Assembly: GCA_000002445.1 (NCBI GenBank) | Contig: CM000207.1 | Coordinates: forward strand, 2,944,001 to 3,008,000 | DNA length: 64,000 bases | Direction: 5' to 3' | Origin: Trypanosoma brucei | Taxonomy: Eukaryota | Shown here: in pieces, positions 12,699-24,865 of the stretch | How the letters are laid out: each line of letters opens with the position of its first letter | Numbering within the stretch: the first letter of the stretch is position 1 | Made by a program: the position numbers and the translations under genes | Notes under the pieces: model-generated | The model's database searches: none | The model's input: the letters and a program-made list of their open reading frames with translations, nothing else | What the model was told of the DNA's origin: nothing

Positions 12699-14150
12699 TT
12701 ATCTTTGCATTCTGAAGTTTTTTTTGGTTCCTCCTGTTCTTGCTTGGGTGTCTTGTTGTTCTGCTGCTGCCTCATTCAATTTGCAGTGTTTTCCGTCTTT
12801 TTCATCAGAACCTGTCCATTTGCAAATCGGACTCTTTTTTCTGCATTCAGCTGATTTCGTTATTTCCTCGCATTGGTCGGCACTTTGAGGCAATGCTCTT
12901 CTATCGGCCAGACTTGCTGCTTGTTTTGGGGCTGCCGCTGCCATCAATGCTATTGTGGTCATTGTTTTGTTTAATTGCTGGATGTTTTCCGCTAGCCGGA
13001 ATGCTTTCTTGGCTGCCCCCCGGGCTTTTTCTATGGCGTCGGCAGCGCCAAGCATTTTCTGTGCCCACCCGATTGCTAGATTGTCGCCGCTTTGTGGCCC
13101 GTAATAAACGCAGCACCCACCGTTGCTGGCGTCTATGTCGTCGCAGCCGTCATTGCCGTTGCCTATTGCTGCGCCCAGCATGTAAGTCTTTGCTTTGTTG
13201 GTTCCAGACCCAGTCGATGCTGCTTGTAGGACCGCACTGACGGTTGCTCTTAGCGCCGCTGCCGTCACTAGCTTAGCTTTGCTGTGCTTCTTGCATGCAT
13301 CGTACAACTCCTTCCATTGGGCTGGACCGTTTGCCATGTTTGCCCAGGTTGTGTCGCTGGCCGAAATTGAAACGGTACCGCACACTGCTGCCTGGTCCTG
13401 TTGTGTGTCTTTGCTACAGATGCATAGGAAATCCGCTGCGATCGATTCCCCTGCGATTTTTCCCTTTTTGCCTCCGCTTCCAGCATTGCCGCATGCGTCT
13501 ACTCGGCTTTCTACCGTTGTCGCCGTCACTTTCGTTTGTTTGTCAGCAACCGGGCCCACCGCTTGTTTGAGCAACGTCTGCGCTGTGTCAGCTTTGGCTT
13601 TTAGTAGTTCCGCCCTGAGCTCCGTCGCCAACTGCAGTACGGCTTGGGCTTGTTCTTCCAGCGCTTGCCTTGCCGTGTCAGAGAAGTCCGCACCTTTTAT
13701 TAGCTGATAGGCCTTGTCCGTCTTTGCTGTTTTGTGCCTATTAGCTGCCTTGACGCAGTTGGAGGCTGCCACCTCAACGCATTCCTTGCCTGCTGTTGAA
13801 CTTGGTTTGCTGATTGCTTCCTCAGCACTGTTCTTTGCCGCTAGTTCGGCTAGAGCTTCTGGGCTGAGTAGCGTTATGTTGATTAGCGCCGCTGCTTCCT
13901 CGGCGTCTGTTGGTTCGGCTGGTATCTCTGGCGCTGCTACCTGGGCTGAAGCGACATCGAGAGCGTTGCAAAGCAGTGCAAAGTCGCTAGCATGTGTTCC
14001 GGCTGCAGGGCCGGCCGCTCCTGCTGGTCCTGCTGCTACCGCAGCCATAAGCAACCCTGTGATAACGAATAAAGTTTGCTCTGAGCGAGTCGTGGATGCT
14101 TTTCTTCTTGCTGCTTGTTCCTGGGCAGTTGTGCTGGACTTCTGTCGCAT
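12699..14150 (-). CDS. VSG: VSG with an intact N-terminal domain ORF but a disrupted C-terminal end.
   Basis: A 483-aa ORF. The signal-like segment LFVITGLLMAAVAAG has an alternative start at M35 (about 14048). The GPI-signal coding (KDYSFTVNKKFTLIAAALVGF) is out of frame and separated by a stop after CKWENNA, so this is an atypical VSG. Confidence 0.75.
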   Translation of the reverse strand: MRQKSSTTAQEQAARRKASTTRSEQTLFVITGLLMAAVAAGPAGAAGPAAGTHASDFALLCNALDVASAQVAAPEIPAEPTDAEEAAALINITLLSPEALAELAAKNSAEEAISKPSSTAGKECVEVAASNCVKAANRHKTAKTDKAYQLIKGADFSDTARQALEEQAQAVLQLATELRAELLKAKADTAQTLLKQAVGPVADKQTKVTATTVESRVDACGNAGSGGKKGKIAGESIAADFLCICSKDTQQDQAAVCGTVSISASDTTWANMANGPAQWKELYDACKKHSKAKLVTAAALRATVSAVLQAASTGSGTNKAKTYMLGAAIGNGNDGCDDIDASNGGCCVYYGPQSGDNLAIGWAQKMLGAADAIEKARGAAKKAFRLAENIQQLNKTMTTIALMAAAAPKQAASLADRRALPQSADQCEEITKSAECRKKSPICKWTGSDEKDGKHCKLNEAAAEQQDTQARTGGTKKNFRMQR

Positions 14151-15384
14151 GTCTCGTCTTGGTGTCCTATATATAGCCGCTATTTGGAAGCAAAGAGTCG
14201 TCTACCGTTTCGGTTTCTAACAGTTTTTTAACTTTTCTATAAACTCCTTGCCGTACTTGTTATCATGTGAGAGCCCACATTTTTCCCCTTTGATGTTCAG
14301 GGATTAGTTTTTTTTTTTGCGTAGGTGTGCGGAGTTGTACACTGTACTGGTGCAAGTAGCAAAACTTTATTATCAGCTGTATCACTTGCGCTGCTCAAGG
14401 AACTGTCATTAACAATGCTGGAGGTAAATCATACAAATGAAAATTATGCTGATGTTTATGGGGACTAAACTATTAGTAACGTATAGGATGAAAGTAAAGG
14501 TAACAAAAAAACATCTAAGAAACGTTTGTTGGAAAACGTAGAACCTCCAACTCGTTTTGCACCACATGTGCAATGCTAATTACAGTCTATATGGCCATGT
14601 ATCTACACTGATTGCATCTATCCTTCACATCAGCAACTCCGTCCCTGTGAATCCTTAAAATCCGGCGTATGCTGCTACATCTAAAGCATCTATCACTCGT
14701 GCGGTTTAATATGCTCTATGTTCTGATAATCCACAGCCAGCGGTTTGACTCCGAATAACAAAACAATGCTGGTGTTTTGCCCAAACTTCACCGCTGTCCT
14801 TCTTCTTTCGTGTATTCTGACTGACTTTATTTTGACATCCATTAAGGTTGTGTAATTTGGGGTCACAAAGTGCCTTCCTTTACGCTTTCACTTTGTTAAC
14901 ACGCGACGCTAGCTCTCCATCCGTGACCACTTTTACATGGATAACTCGCTTTATAAAAGGTGTTAATGTATATCAAGTATAACAATACAAAATTTACGGA
15001 TTACAACCATTCTTTCTCTTCTCTTCATAGATGTTCTCTGTTAGTTCATATAGCCGATTTATTATTCTTTTTCTGTTTCCCTCTTGAACTTTAGTCAGTA
15101 CTGTCTCCTGTTTTTATCAGTGTAAAATGAATGGCATTTATATTTTATCCCGGCGCCCTTTTGTGTGTTTTGGTGATCAGAGCCTACATATTCATTGGTA
15201 TGATGGTTCTTCTATCTTTGCTAAGTTTTACAATGAGTATATTTAGCCACCTACTCCTTCTATCTTTTTCTGCCCCTTTCAATAACAATATAGTCCTGTT
15301 CAATGTCACAAATACTCACTCATTCGCATTGAACCCCTGCAATGGATTTAGATGCTTACATTTTGGCCGTGTATTTCCTCTTAA

Positions 15385-15515
15385 CCACCATTCTTATTAT
15401 TTTATTAGCACATACACACTCACAACACTCTTCTACCATCATCATCATTATTATTATTGTCATCATTATTATCATTAATGTTATTCTCATAACCCCAACT
15501 AATATGTATAAAATA
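15385..15515 (-). repeat. 70-bp repeat in reverse orientation, upstream of the VSG at 12699-14150.
   Basis: CATACACACTCACAACACTCTTC followed by CATCATCATCATTATTATTATTGTCATCATTATTATC triplet runs. Confidence 0.65.
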
Positions 15516-15717
15516 AACGGTACAAACTTATTTAGAATAGCACTTGTTTTTCATACCATATTAGCCTAAAACCTTACATTCAGGTCAATATTATGCACAC
15601 TTTACTAAAATTTTACATTTTCAAGTGTTTCAAAATTTTCAATGATTTCCATCGAAAAAAATTAAAATATATTAAATATCATATATTTCATAAAATTAAG
15701 CAAAAATCCTAAAAAGT

Positions 15718-16414
15718 TTATGCTAGAAGCAAAAATGCAAGCAACAGAGGCGCCTTGCTAATGACAAAAGAATTGCTTCCTGTGGTGTTTGTAGTTTTAC
15801 CATCATTTTCCGCTTTTACTCCCTCTTTAGCTTTGCACTCCCCATCTTTGAATTGACATCCATCCTTTTTGTTGCATTTATTTTCGTCTTTTTCTCCCTG
15901 GCAGTCCTTTGCCTTTTTGGCTACGCTCTCTGCTCCTGGTCGTGATATTTTTTTTGCTAGTGCGTCTTCCCGCGCGCTCCTCTCTGCTTCCAGTTTTGCG
16001 AGGACGTCTTGTTCTTCTTCCCCTTCTGACAAGGTTTCGATGTTGGACGTCGTCTTTTTTCCCCGACGAAATATCGTGATTGATTTTTCTGCGACCAGCG
16101 GTCTGAATTTCGATGTGAAAGCTTGACTGTTAGCACCGTATTCTTCTTTCAGAAAGCTTACTAGTTCGCTATTTTCTGTCGCTTTTGTTGGCTCTAATAG
16201 GTTGTTAAACATCCCTAGGCATGTCGCACCGCTCTTTGCACTGTTGTATTGAGCGACAACGCTGGGCCGTCTAGTGTCGGTAACTGGACTGTTTTTGGTT
16301 GCGTTTTTAGTGCAGAGCAGATGACTTTTGCAAAAAACTGCCGCGATTGTGTGGCCTCCTGCGCGTCGTTGTTGGCGTTTAGACAGCTTTCTGCTGGGTT
16401 GTTGTTCTCGTAGA
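15718..16414 (-). pseudogene. VSG: VSG 3' half (a-type CTD plus GPI signal), 5'-truncated at the ingi 5' end.
   Basis: ORF 15718-16437 ends ...KDCQGEKDENKCNKKDGCQFKDGECKAKEGVK...GSNSFVISKAPLLLAFLLLA. This is near-identical in CTD and GPI signal to the intact VSG at 31207-32676. Its first codons (MRWPAS) are encoded by the antisense of the ingi terminus. Confidence 0.75.
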
Positions 16415-17687
16415 CCCAGCGATGCCGGCCACCTCAACGTGGTGCCAGGGTCCAGTACACCGTATCATCGGGGGAAGCCAAGAGCCAGCAGCGTTCCTTT
16501 CATGGGGAACACTGCTTTGCTCCGGCTACGGCATTATACAGAACAGGGATCAGCAGCGTCTTGCTGGGACACCGTCTTTCATTTGTCCGTCCCTGGGCAC
16601 GTGCCAGCGTGCCATCAGCAGTATCATCCGCACTAAGATGCTGCTGTCCGGTGATGTGGAAAAAAATCCCAGTCCGTCGTTGCGCGGGATGCAGTGGAAC
16701 TGCGCCGGGCTATCTCAAGGAAAGAGATTAGCACTCCACAAAACCCTTGTTGATGAGCGGATCGCCTTTTGTCTGTTGAGCGAGACAAGGATGACGCCTG
16801 GAGAGGCGGCTTGCTTTAGCGTTGCTGGCTACCAAAATCACGGAATAGCTCGTAACTGCAAATGAGGTGGTGTATCAATACTAGTGAGGGAGGACCTGCC
16901 AGTCGAGACCGGTATGGCCGTTGTTGGTCGCATTGAACAAGTGCATGCAACAATTCACCTTGCACGTGGAACGGCGCTGACTGTCACGTCGGCATACATC
17001 CCACCAAAACACACCTTCACGGCAACTGACCTAGATACGCTTCTGACGACTGACGGTGCCCAGCTCATCGGTGCAGACGCTAACGCACACGCGTTGGCAT
17101 GGGATCGCGCGAACCCACCAAATACCAAGGGTGAAACCCTCACACAGTGGTGCATTAACAACCAGTTTCTGGTCTGCAACACTGGTGAGTCCACCAGGTA
17201 CGCGCGCCACCACGGGGAGTCCACCCCTGATGTGACACTGTCAAGGAATTGCACAGTGTACACGTGGGCATCGCTGTATTCTCCCGATAGCGATCACCAT
17301 CACATATTTTTCGACGTTATCGTTGGAGACGACACAGATGCACTGAGTTGCCCGCGGCTTCGAAAGCCCATGTACGCATGGTTAAAAGCTAACTGGAGGA
17401 ATTTCCGTCTCAAGGTTGACGAGCTCTGCAGGAAAATTGGTAGAGAGAAGAACGTCAACACCCTGGAACAGAAATTAAGCTCCACTATCCGCACTGCGAC
17501 GAAGTTCTCCGTCCCCCGTGGCTGCAGAGCAACGCCACCACATTGGACACCTGAGCTCGCGAAACTCGATGAAGAGATCCCTGGATGCGGACCCTCCCAC
17601 CGAAGGGAAAAGTTGGTAGCCACGCGTAAGCAGATCCTGGACCGTACCACAAAAAAGAGGTGAAGCACTCTATGCTCCAGACTTGCG

Positions 17688-18665
17688 GTGTCAGACCGCT
17701 GCAGTTGGCACATTGTCAAGAAGGTATACGCGCCACGACCACTAACCACACCGGCTGTACTTGTTGATAACACGGCCATCACGGACTACCGTCAAGCTGA
17801 GATGTTCAGTAAACTGTACTCGTCTCAAGCAAGAAGGCATCCCGACTCACACCCACCATCACCCATAAAGACGACAGAGAGTGAGTTCAGTCCCATCACG
17901 ATGGCTGAACTACGGAGATCGATCAAACTGCTACCGAGTGGATCCGCAGCCGGACCTGATTGCTTATACAACGAGGCACTGCAACATCTCGGTAGAACAG
18001 CGCTGAATGTTGTTCTGAGGCTATTCAATGAGAGCCTACGAACGGGAGTCGTGCCGCCTGCATGGAAGACTGGTGTTATCATCCCCATCCTGAAGGCCGG
18101 AAAAAAGGCGGAGGACCTTGATTCTTACAGGCCTGTGACGCTCACGAGCTGTCTCTGCAAAGTCATGGAACGCATAATTGCCGCGAGGCTTAGAGATACT
18201 GTTGAGTCCCAGCTGACGCCGCAGCAATCAGGCTTTCGCCCCGGATGCTCAACACTCGAACAACTCCTGCAGGTCCGTGCTGCCCTTTGCCGCCCCACGC
18301 ATCAATCTCGTACGGGTGCTGTATTCGTTGACTACGAGAAGGCATTTGATGCAGTAGACCACGACAAAATTGCGAGGGAAATGCACAGAATGAAGGTATC
18401 ACACCACATTGTGAAGTGGTGCGTATCATCTCTGAGTAACCGAACTGGCAGAGTGAGATTCAAGGAGAAGCTTTCCAGAAGCAGAACATTTGAGCGAGGA
18501 GTGCCACAAGGAACTGTCCTTGGCCCAATCATGTTCATTATTGTCATGAACTCGTTGAGCCAACGCCTTGCAGAAGTGCCGTTACTGCAGCACAGATTCT
18601 TTGCAGACGACCTGAAGCTACTTGCGAGGCACACAGAGAGGGATGTCATCAACCACACACTATAG
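17688..18665 (+). pseudogene. ingi reverse-transcriptase domain ORF fragment.
   Basis: Carries reverse-transcriptase motifs (GFRPGCST, VFVDYEKAFD, FADD). It is flanked by out-of-frame endonuclease and RNase H pieces. Confidence 0.75.
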
Positions 18666-19386
18666 TGCGGCCTAAACGTGGTGTTACAGTTGTCAAAAGA
18701 GTACTTCATGTCTGTAAACGTAGCGAAAACAAAATGCACACTCTTCGGGTGTATAGAGCGCCACCCCCTTACATTACAACTGGACGGCGAAAGAATAGGA
18801 GCTGACAGGACACCACAGCTTCTAGGAGTAACATTCCAGTGTCTGCAAGGGATGGCAACACATGCAGCCGAAACGAGACGCAAGATGGACTTCCGACTAC
18901 TGCAGATAGCAGCCATCTCAGCTTCTACATGGGGGCCAAGACGACAAGTACTGAGAGCTTTTTACGTAGCACTCGTACAGGCACACACCATGTATGGCAT
19001 TGAGGTATGGTACTGGGACGCTTCGGAACGAAGTCGTGACCTCCTTGCATCAGCACAACACAAAGCCAGTTGAATCATAGCCGGCATACCGCATGGGACG
19101 CGCAAAGAGAACTCTCTGCTGCAAGCAAACCTCCTGCCACTCAAGACGACCACTCTTGTGCGCAGCATGAAATTCATGCTGATGTGTGAGTCACGAGGCG
19201 GATGTTTACGGCGCAGTGCTGAAGAAGTATACCACAGCAAACACCCAGTCAGAGTCTTACATTCCCGCATCATGCGGTCCTACCCCCACCTCCGCATTGA
19301 GCCACGCGAGCACCCACTAGAGACATCGACGCTCCGCCACAGCTGCCGACCGATATTTCACACGCAGATAAAGCCTGTGTCCGCTG

Positions 19387-19917
19387 ATGACCATGAAGAT
19401 GTCAAAAGGGAGGCTTCCGAAAAGTGGATTGAACGGCATTTTACACGGAGGGGGAAAGGAGCCACCGCGGCGAGAGCACTACGAATTGTGTACTGATGGA
19501 TCCGTGTCCCTCGGTGAGAAGTCCGGAGCAGCTACCCTGCTCTATAGAAACAACACGCTGATTTGTGCACCCAAAACGGGAGCAGGGGAACTCTCATGTA
19601 GTTACAGAGCGGAATGCGTAGCATTAGAGATAGGACTGCAACGGCTGCTGAAATGGCTTCCGGCATACAGAAGCACACTGAGCAGGTTGTCCATCTTCTC
19701 TGACTCGCTGTCAATGTTAACAGCACTGCAGACAGGCCCCCTAGCCGTGACGGACCCAATTCTGAGACGACTATGGAGGCTTCTGCTTCAACTTCAGAGA
19801 AGGAAGGTGCGCATCCGACTGCAATTTGTGTTTGGCCATTGTGGTGTGAAACGGAATGAGGTTTGTGACGAAATGGCCAAAAAGGCCGCAGATTTACCAC
19901 AGTTGCGAGACACATAG
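19387..19917 (+). pseudogene. ingi RNase H domain ORF fragment.
   Basis: CTDGSVSLGEKSGAATLL...SYRAECVALEIGL is an RNase H-like catalytic signature. Confidence 0.65.
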
Positions 19918-20285
19918 ATCCCCGACATCATTGCTTATGCGAAGCGAGTGCTTAGGTCGGAAGAAGTCCATGAGAACACTCATAGGTTTGGTATCACGGC
20001 AACCACTTTCCAACAAAACATAAAGAAGAACTGACGAGGGAAGAAGAAACAACAGTGGCACGCTTTCGGGTTGGGTTTTCAAGGCACTATGGATGGATGT
20101 TGCGAAAGATCAACCCGAGTGTGCCTCCACAGTGCCGATAGTGTAACCCGCAACATGCAGCGATAGGACCAACAATACAAACGGTCCCAACTGTTGCGAC
20201 ACGCACTCTTCAGAGAACCTCCGAACCGACCAAATGTACGGAATGCAATGCCACATACCAATGCCGGTCGAGTGCTGTAACGCAC

Positions 20286-21026
20286 ATGGTAAACAAACAC
20301 GGCTTTGTGCGAGCTGATGCCCTCCGGAGGATCAAATACGGCGATGCAAGACCTGCAGTGGATATCCCCCCGGAGCCCCCTCCAGTGGTGGCAATCGTTC
20401 CTTTACCATCGAGCACACGAGTCCCGATGAGACTGCAGGTGCTTCATTGTACCCTCTGTGCCTCCAAATTCGCAGTGCCAGGCCGACTATTACACCACCT
20501 TCAAACGATACATGGCATAGGCAGCGGTAGTTGCCGCGTGAAAAGGGGGCGAGAGAACGAGGACTCATTGCAAGGAGATGGTAGCGTCCCAGCAGCGCCA
20601 GCCCCTCAGGATACACGGAAGCTGCCATTTCAATGTGACCTGTGCGAGGCGAGCTTCGGTACACGTTCTTCCCTGTCACTACACAAGAAATTCAAACATA
20701 AGAGCATAGTGACGGAGGATGGTACCGTGGTGGTGGTGCAATTCCCCCGTAAGCGTGCCCGTGAGGGAAACGTTGACGTCCCGGGGAAAGGCGAGGTGCA
20801 GTGTGGTGTGTGCCAAAAAGTGCTCAGTTGCAGGGACACCCTCATCCGACACTGTAAAGCTTTCCACAAAGGTGAGGGAGTCGAGCTTAAATGCAGCAAA
20901 AGCACAAAACTGTGTGCCACTGATTCCCCGCATACAAACGCATCCATGTTGATGTGCCCACATGCGGAAGGCAGTGTGCTAGCAAAATTGGCCTCACCTT
21001 ACATCAAAAGAAGATGCACGGTATGA
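20286..21026 (+). pseudogene. ingi C-terminal C2H2 zinc-finger region ORF fragment.
   Basis: CTLCASKFAVPGRLLHHLQTIHG, FQCDLCEASFGTRSSLSLHKKFKHK and CGVCQKVLSCRDTLIRHCKAFHKG. Confidence 0.65.
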
Positions 21027-23028
21027 AGGTAGAGCGCGCTGTTACCAGCCAACGCGGCAACTGCGAAGAAACGTCGCTGCACTTGATGAGCTGCCCCGGT
21101 TTGAAGGAGTTACGTGTCAGGTTTGCGGTAGAAGGTGAGTGTGTGTGCAGGATGTATGTTTCACTAAAATGCTGGCGCAGTGTCTCATTGCGGTTGAACG
21201 GAGCCGGCCGCAGGTGAAGTCCTCACCTAATGTAACAGTTATACAACCCACTCTCCCTTCTGCAACTTTCCCCCTTATTTCCGAGTGTGGAGCTAGCAGG
21301 AAAAGCACCGGACGCAGGAATAGTCCAGACACCCTCAGAGACAGAGAGGGGGTATGCAGTCAACAAGCAACAGAAACAGAAAAAGGGGAAGAGAATAATA
21401 AACGAATAACAAAAATCAAAACAAAAGGATTGCTAATTGACATCTTTGGGAGAGTCTGGGGTGGGGGACTTCTTGCCCCATCTGCTGTATTCCGTTCAAC
21501 TGCGGAGCTACAACAAAAATTATAGAGAGTGTGTTAGGCCGAAAAAAAAATGGAGACTCTGCCACAGTCGCCAGATCGATAGCATCTCAGGGATCTACAG
21601 TGATGGCTGATGGCCGCGCCAGTGGGGGGAAACTCCCACGAAGGCACGAAGAAAATTAAATATATATATATATATACGTTAATAGGATTAGTAGACGAAA
21701 GGAAAGAAAATAAAGTAAAAAGTGAAACAACAGAATAGGTGGAAACACAGTGCATAACTGAATAAAATGATACAAGAGAATATTATGCTTGAAATGTCAC
21801 ATAAAATTGGTTAGATTCTACCGCAGAAATAATGGCGACTGTGTTTGAAATGCATGAACGGCACCAAATATTGATCACTAGGTTTGCGGGCCTACCTACA
21901 ACTGGTTGTATGGGGGAGTGCTGTAAGTTGAAGATAAACAGAATCCGATTGCAAAGGAAAAGGATGTAAAATGATTTTGGTGGTAATTTTTTTGAATAGG
22001 TCTGCCGACAGTAGCGAATAATAATAATAATAATGCAGCGGATATAAAGTGGCGCTACTTGTACATGAATGAATGAAACTCCTCAGTGTCAGAAGAAAAA
22101 GTTATCATCGAGCGTCAAGCAGTGTGTTGGAGGGTTTGATGGCCAAGAACAATCATGAATAAGCAAAATTTAGTTTAAAAAAGCAAAGTATAAGAAACAC
22201 AGCACTTTTCTCATGTTTTTTTGGGATAACAAACCAACAAACGGCCCACACATCTAACGGAGACCTAATAATGAAAGAAACTGTCAACAACCTGGCAGTA
22301 ACACGCACACTAAGTTTCATCCAACACAAGGTGCGGCTCAGAGCAAAAAACGACCTACAGCCACCATGTCTCATTTTAATTCTAACAAACTACATCTCTA
22401 TGCGCCCACGAACAAGTGCAATGGCCACAGAATGTGCATTACGCCAAAAAGGCCTAAATAGGGGGCCAAAAATGAAACAATAAATCACAAAGTGGAACCT
22501 AACCGACAAAAAGTAGCAAGCGCAGGGTAAGGTTGCAGTAGTTACTCCACCGCCAGTTAAAACTACTAAACTAAGAACGGGAGCCCAAAACACATATTCG
22601 GCGAAGCACATGCTGAACAGCAAGCAGAAACCTTAAGAGAGTAGGCAGAAGTTTAATGTCAGTTCCGGAGCTGGCGCTGCGACGCGGCAAACAACGAGAA
22701 ACCAATAAAAGAGAGGCGATGCGCACAAAATTTGGACGGGCTACCAAAACAGCCAACGCTAGAAATGTCACGGCCGAGTTAACTCTAGCACGTCTACACG
22801 GCACGGAGGAAACACCATCAGCAATAATAGACGTGGGCCGACAGCCAAGTCCAACAAAGCAGGATGTCAACGGCAGTAACGTGTGTCAAAACAAAAGCGC
22901 CAATGCGAAACAACATGCGATCTTGCCGTTAAAGGCAGTAAAAACCACAAATAAAGCGTCTCCAGCGATCAAAAATCAGGCAATACATCCCCTTAGAATC
23001 TTCACAAAAACGAAAAGCAAGCAAAGTA

Positions 23029-24564
23029 TCACAAAGCAAATGCGGCTAGTGGCACAAGTGGCAGCAGCACTAATGGCAACACTATTGAAAAGCGACAGTG
23101 CGTTCAGAAGCCAACGCGGCGGACTTGCACTTGCTTTGTGCAGCCTTCAGGCTAGGCGGAGTGGACATGCAGTTGCCAGAAATAAAGGAGCTGAAACAAG
23201 CAGACATAGATGAGCTCAGAACAATGAACATGTCAACAGCAGAAGCCAACTGGTAGGAGTTATTTAAAGGGGACCCTAACAAAGACACGTGGCAGGCACG
23301 AAAAACCACAATAAAAAAATAACCTTTCTTAATGCACTGGGAACAATCATTCCCACAATGGCAGCAAGACTATCAACGAGCAATTAAGACAGGCAACGGC
23401 AAGACATGGCTAGCAGAACACAAAGCACCATCCAACGAGTGGCACAGGCAGCTAGCCGCACATACCATAAATGAAACACTTGAACAGATATTAAGTCTGC
23501 GAAAAAGCTACGACAAGATTAAAAGCGATATAACCGAAACGAAGGCCAAACAAGTGAAGGAACTCATATGCGAAGCTCTGTACGGTGAGGGGAAAACGGA
23601 CTGCACACCAAAAGCAACAGTAACAACAACAGCCGACACAACATGGTCGACCAGCTGCGGCGACAACGGCGGCAAAAGCATCGTAGGAGACATGCTCTGC
23701 CTGTGCTGCGCAAACAGCGGCACCAATACTGCGGACAGTGACAACAGCAATATAGCGTGCGACTGGACCAGCAGCATTATCGGCAAATTCGAAGCCGTCA
23801 CAGCCAAATGCCCCAGCCAAAAACCCGCAAAAATAACGCCACAACTACTTGCAACGACAATAGCGCAATTAAAAAGCGGGATAAGGCACAAGGACCAAGG
23901 AAGCGCAATCAAATTCCACCTCGGAAAAGACCCTAACAGTTGCACCGGAAACAGCGGACAACTTTGCTTGGAATACCCTGCCGCTGCCAAAGGAGGCAGC
24001 GGAGGCGCGGGTCTAGACGCAATACCATGGCTCAAAAAGATGAACGACGCACAGGCAAAGGCAGACGAAATAGTGGCCTCGGCAGCTGAGGCACAAAGCA
24101 CGGCCATGCTCATAGAGCTTCTAATAGCATCAGCGAAAGCCACATACAGCGACCCGGCTGTCAACATACAAACCAGCCAAGAATACATTACAGGCGTGGT
24201 GCCACCTATCCCTAACCCACGTCAAGCAAGTACAACAAATAAAACTTGCATGTTAAAAGGCACCGGAGATGCCTGCAAAGATGGCTGCAAAGAAATTACA
24301 GAAAATAACCAAAAAAAGTGTGTAGTAGATGCAGAAGCGGCGAAGCAACCAGCGCGATCAGGAAATGGAGGAAATGGAGAAACAGCAACAGATAAGTGTA
24401 GCGCGGCGAAAACTCGTGGGGAATGCGCTGCAGTGAAATGTTAAATTCCAAAAGATAAAAAAGCTGTTTTTTGGTGGAAAGAAGGCAAGTGCAAGGATTC
24501 CAGCTTTCTTGTCCTTAAGAAATTGGCTCTGCTGGGTGCTGTTTTTACCGCCTTGATTTTCTAA
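23029..24564 (+). pseudogene. VSG: VSG pseudogene, b-type, with a frameshift and two in-frame stops in the N-terminal region and one nonsense codon in the CTD.
   Basis: The signal peptide MRLVAQVAAALMATLL (23029) is followed by a frame change near 23130 and by stops at ANW* and IKK*. The main ORF 23332-24444 has YGEG, GGKSIVGDMLCLC and CKDGCKEITENNQKKCV. A TAA at 24442-24444 interrupts the otherwise in-frame ...KCKDSSFLVLKKLALLGAVFTALIF*. Confidence 0.75.
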
Positions 24565-24601
24565 AAGAATTTCCCCCCTCAACTTTTTCTTGCTGAAAAT
24601 T

Positions 24602-24617
24602 TGATATATTTTAACGG
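24602..24617 (+). promoter_or_regulatory. VSG 3'UTR 16-mer variant (TGATATATTTTAACGG).
   Basis: Matches the conserved 16-mer TGATATATTTTAACAC at 14 of 16 positions, about 40 bp after the GPI-signal stop. Confidence 0.6.
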
Positions 24618-24769
24618 TTTTTGATGAAATATGCAATTTTTGAAAATTTATCAAAATATGAAAATCTGTAATTTTCATATGAAAGTTGACTATGGGTGTA
24701 AAGTAGTAGGGTGATGTGGTATGTAAAATAAAATAGATACTTTTTTTTAAGTTTGGTTTTATTACCTTG

Positions 24770-24865
24770 TTATGGATATTATTTATCGTCATAATAATAT
24801 GTATAATGATGATTATAGGAATGTGTTTTGAGTATGTAAATATACTAATATTATAATAAAAGTAT
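24770..24865 (+). repeat. 70-bp repeat, degenerate, plus orientation.
   Basis: ATAATAATATGTATAATGATGATTATAGGAATGTGTTTTGAGTATGTAAATATACTAATATTATAATAAAAG. Confidence 0.55.

Larger units (their letters stand above)
16415..21656 (+). mobile_element. ingi non-LTR retrotransposon, full length (about 5.24 kb) with RIME-like termini and a frame-disrupted ORF.
   Basis: The 5' terminus CCAGCGATGCCGGCCACCTCAACGTGGTGCCAGGG and the 3' terminus ...CCCACGAAGGCACGAAGAAAA are the same sequences seen at the two ends of the RIME at 33252-33749. Internal ORF pieces are, in order, an AP-endonuclease-like piece (16884-17663), reverse transcriptase (17688-18665, FFADDLKLL), RNase H (19387-19917, CTDGS...YRAECVALE) and C2H2 zinc fingers (20286-21026). 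Confidence 0.85.

Noticed and set aside
22656-23213. A 185-aa plus-strand ORF upstream of the VSG at 23332.
   Set aside because: Its 3' part is the frame-shifted signal-peptide and N-terminal region of the VSG pseudogene (23029-), and the rest is read-through of non-coding A-rich sequence. It is not an independent gene.
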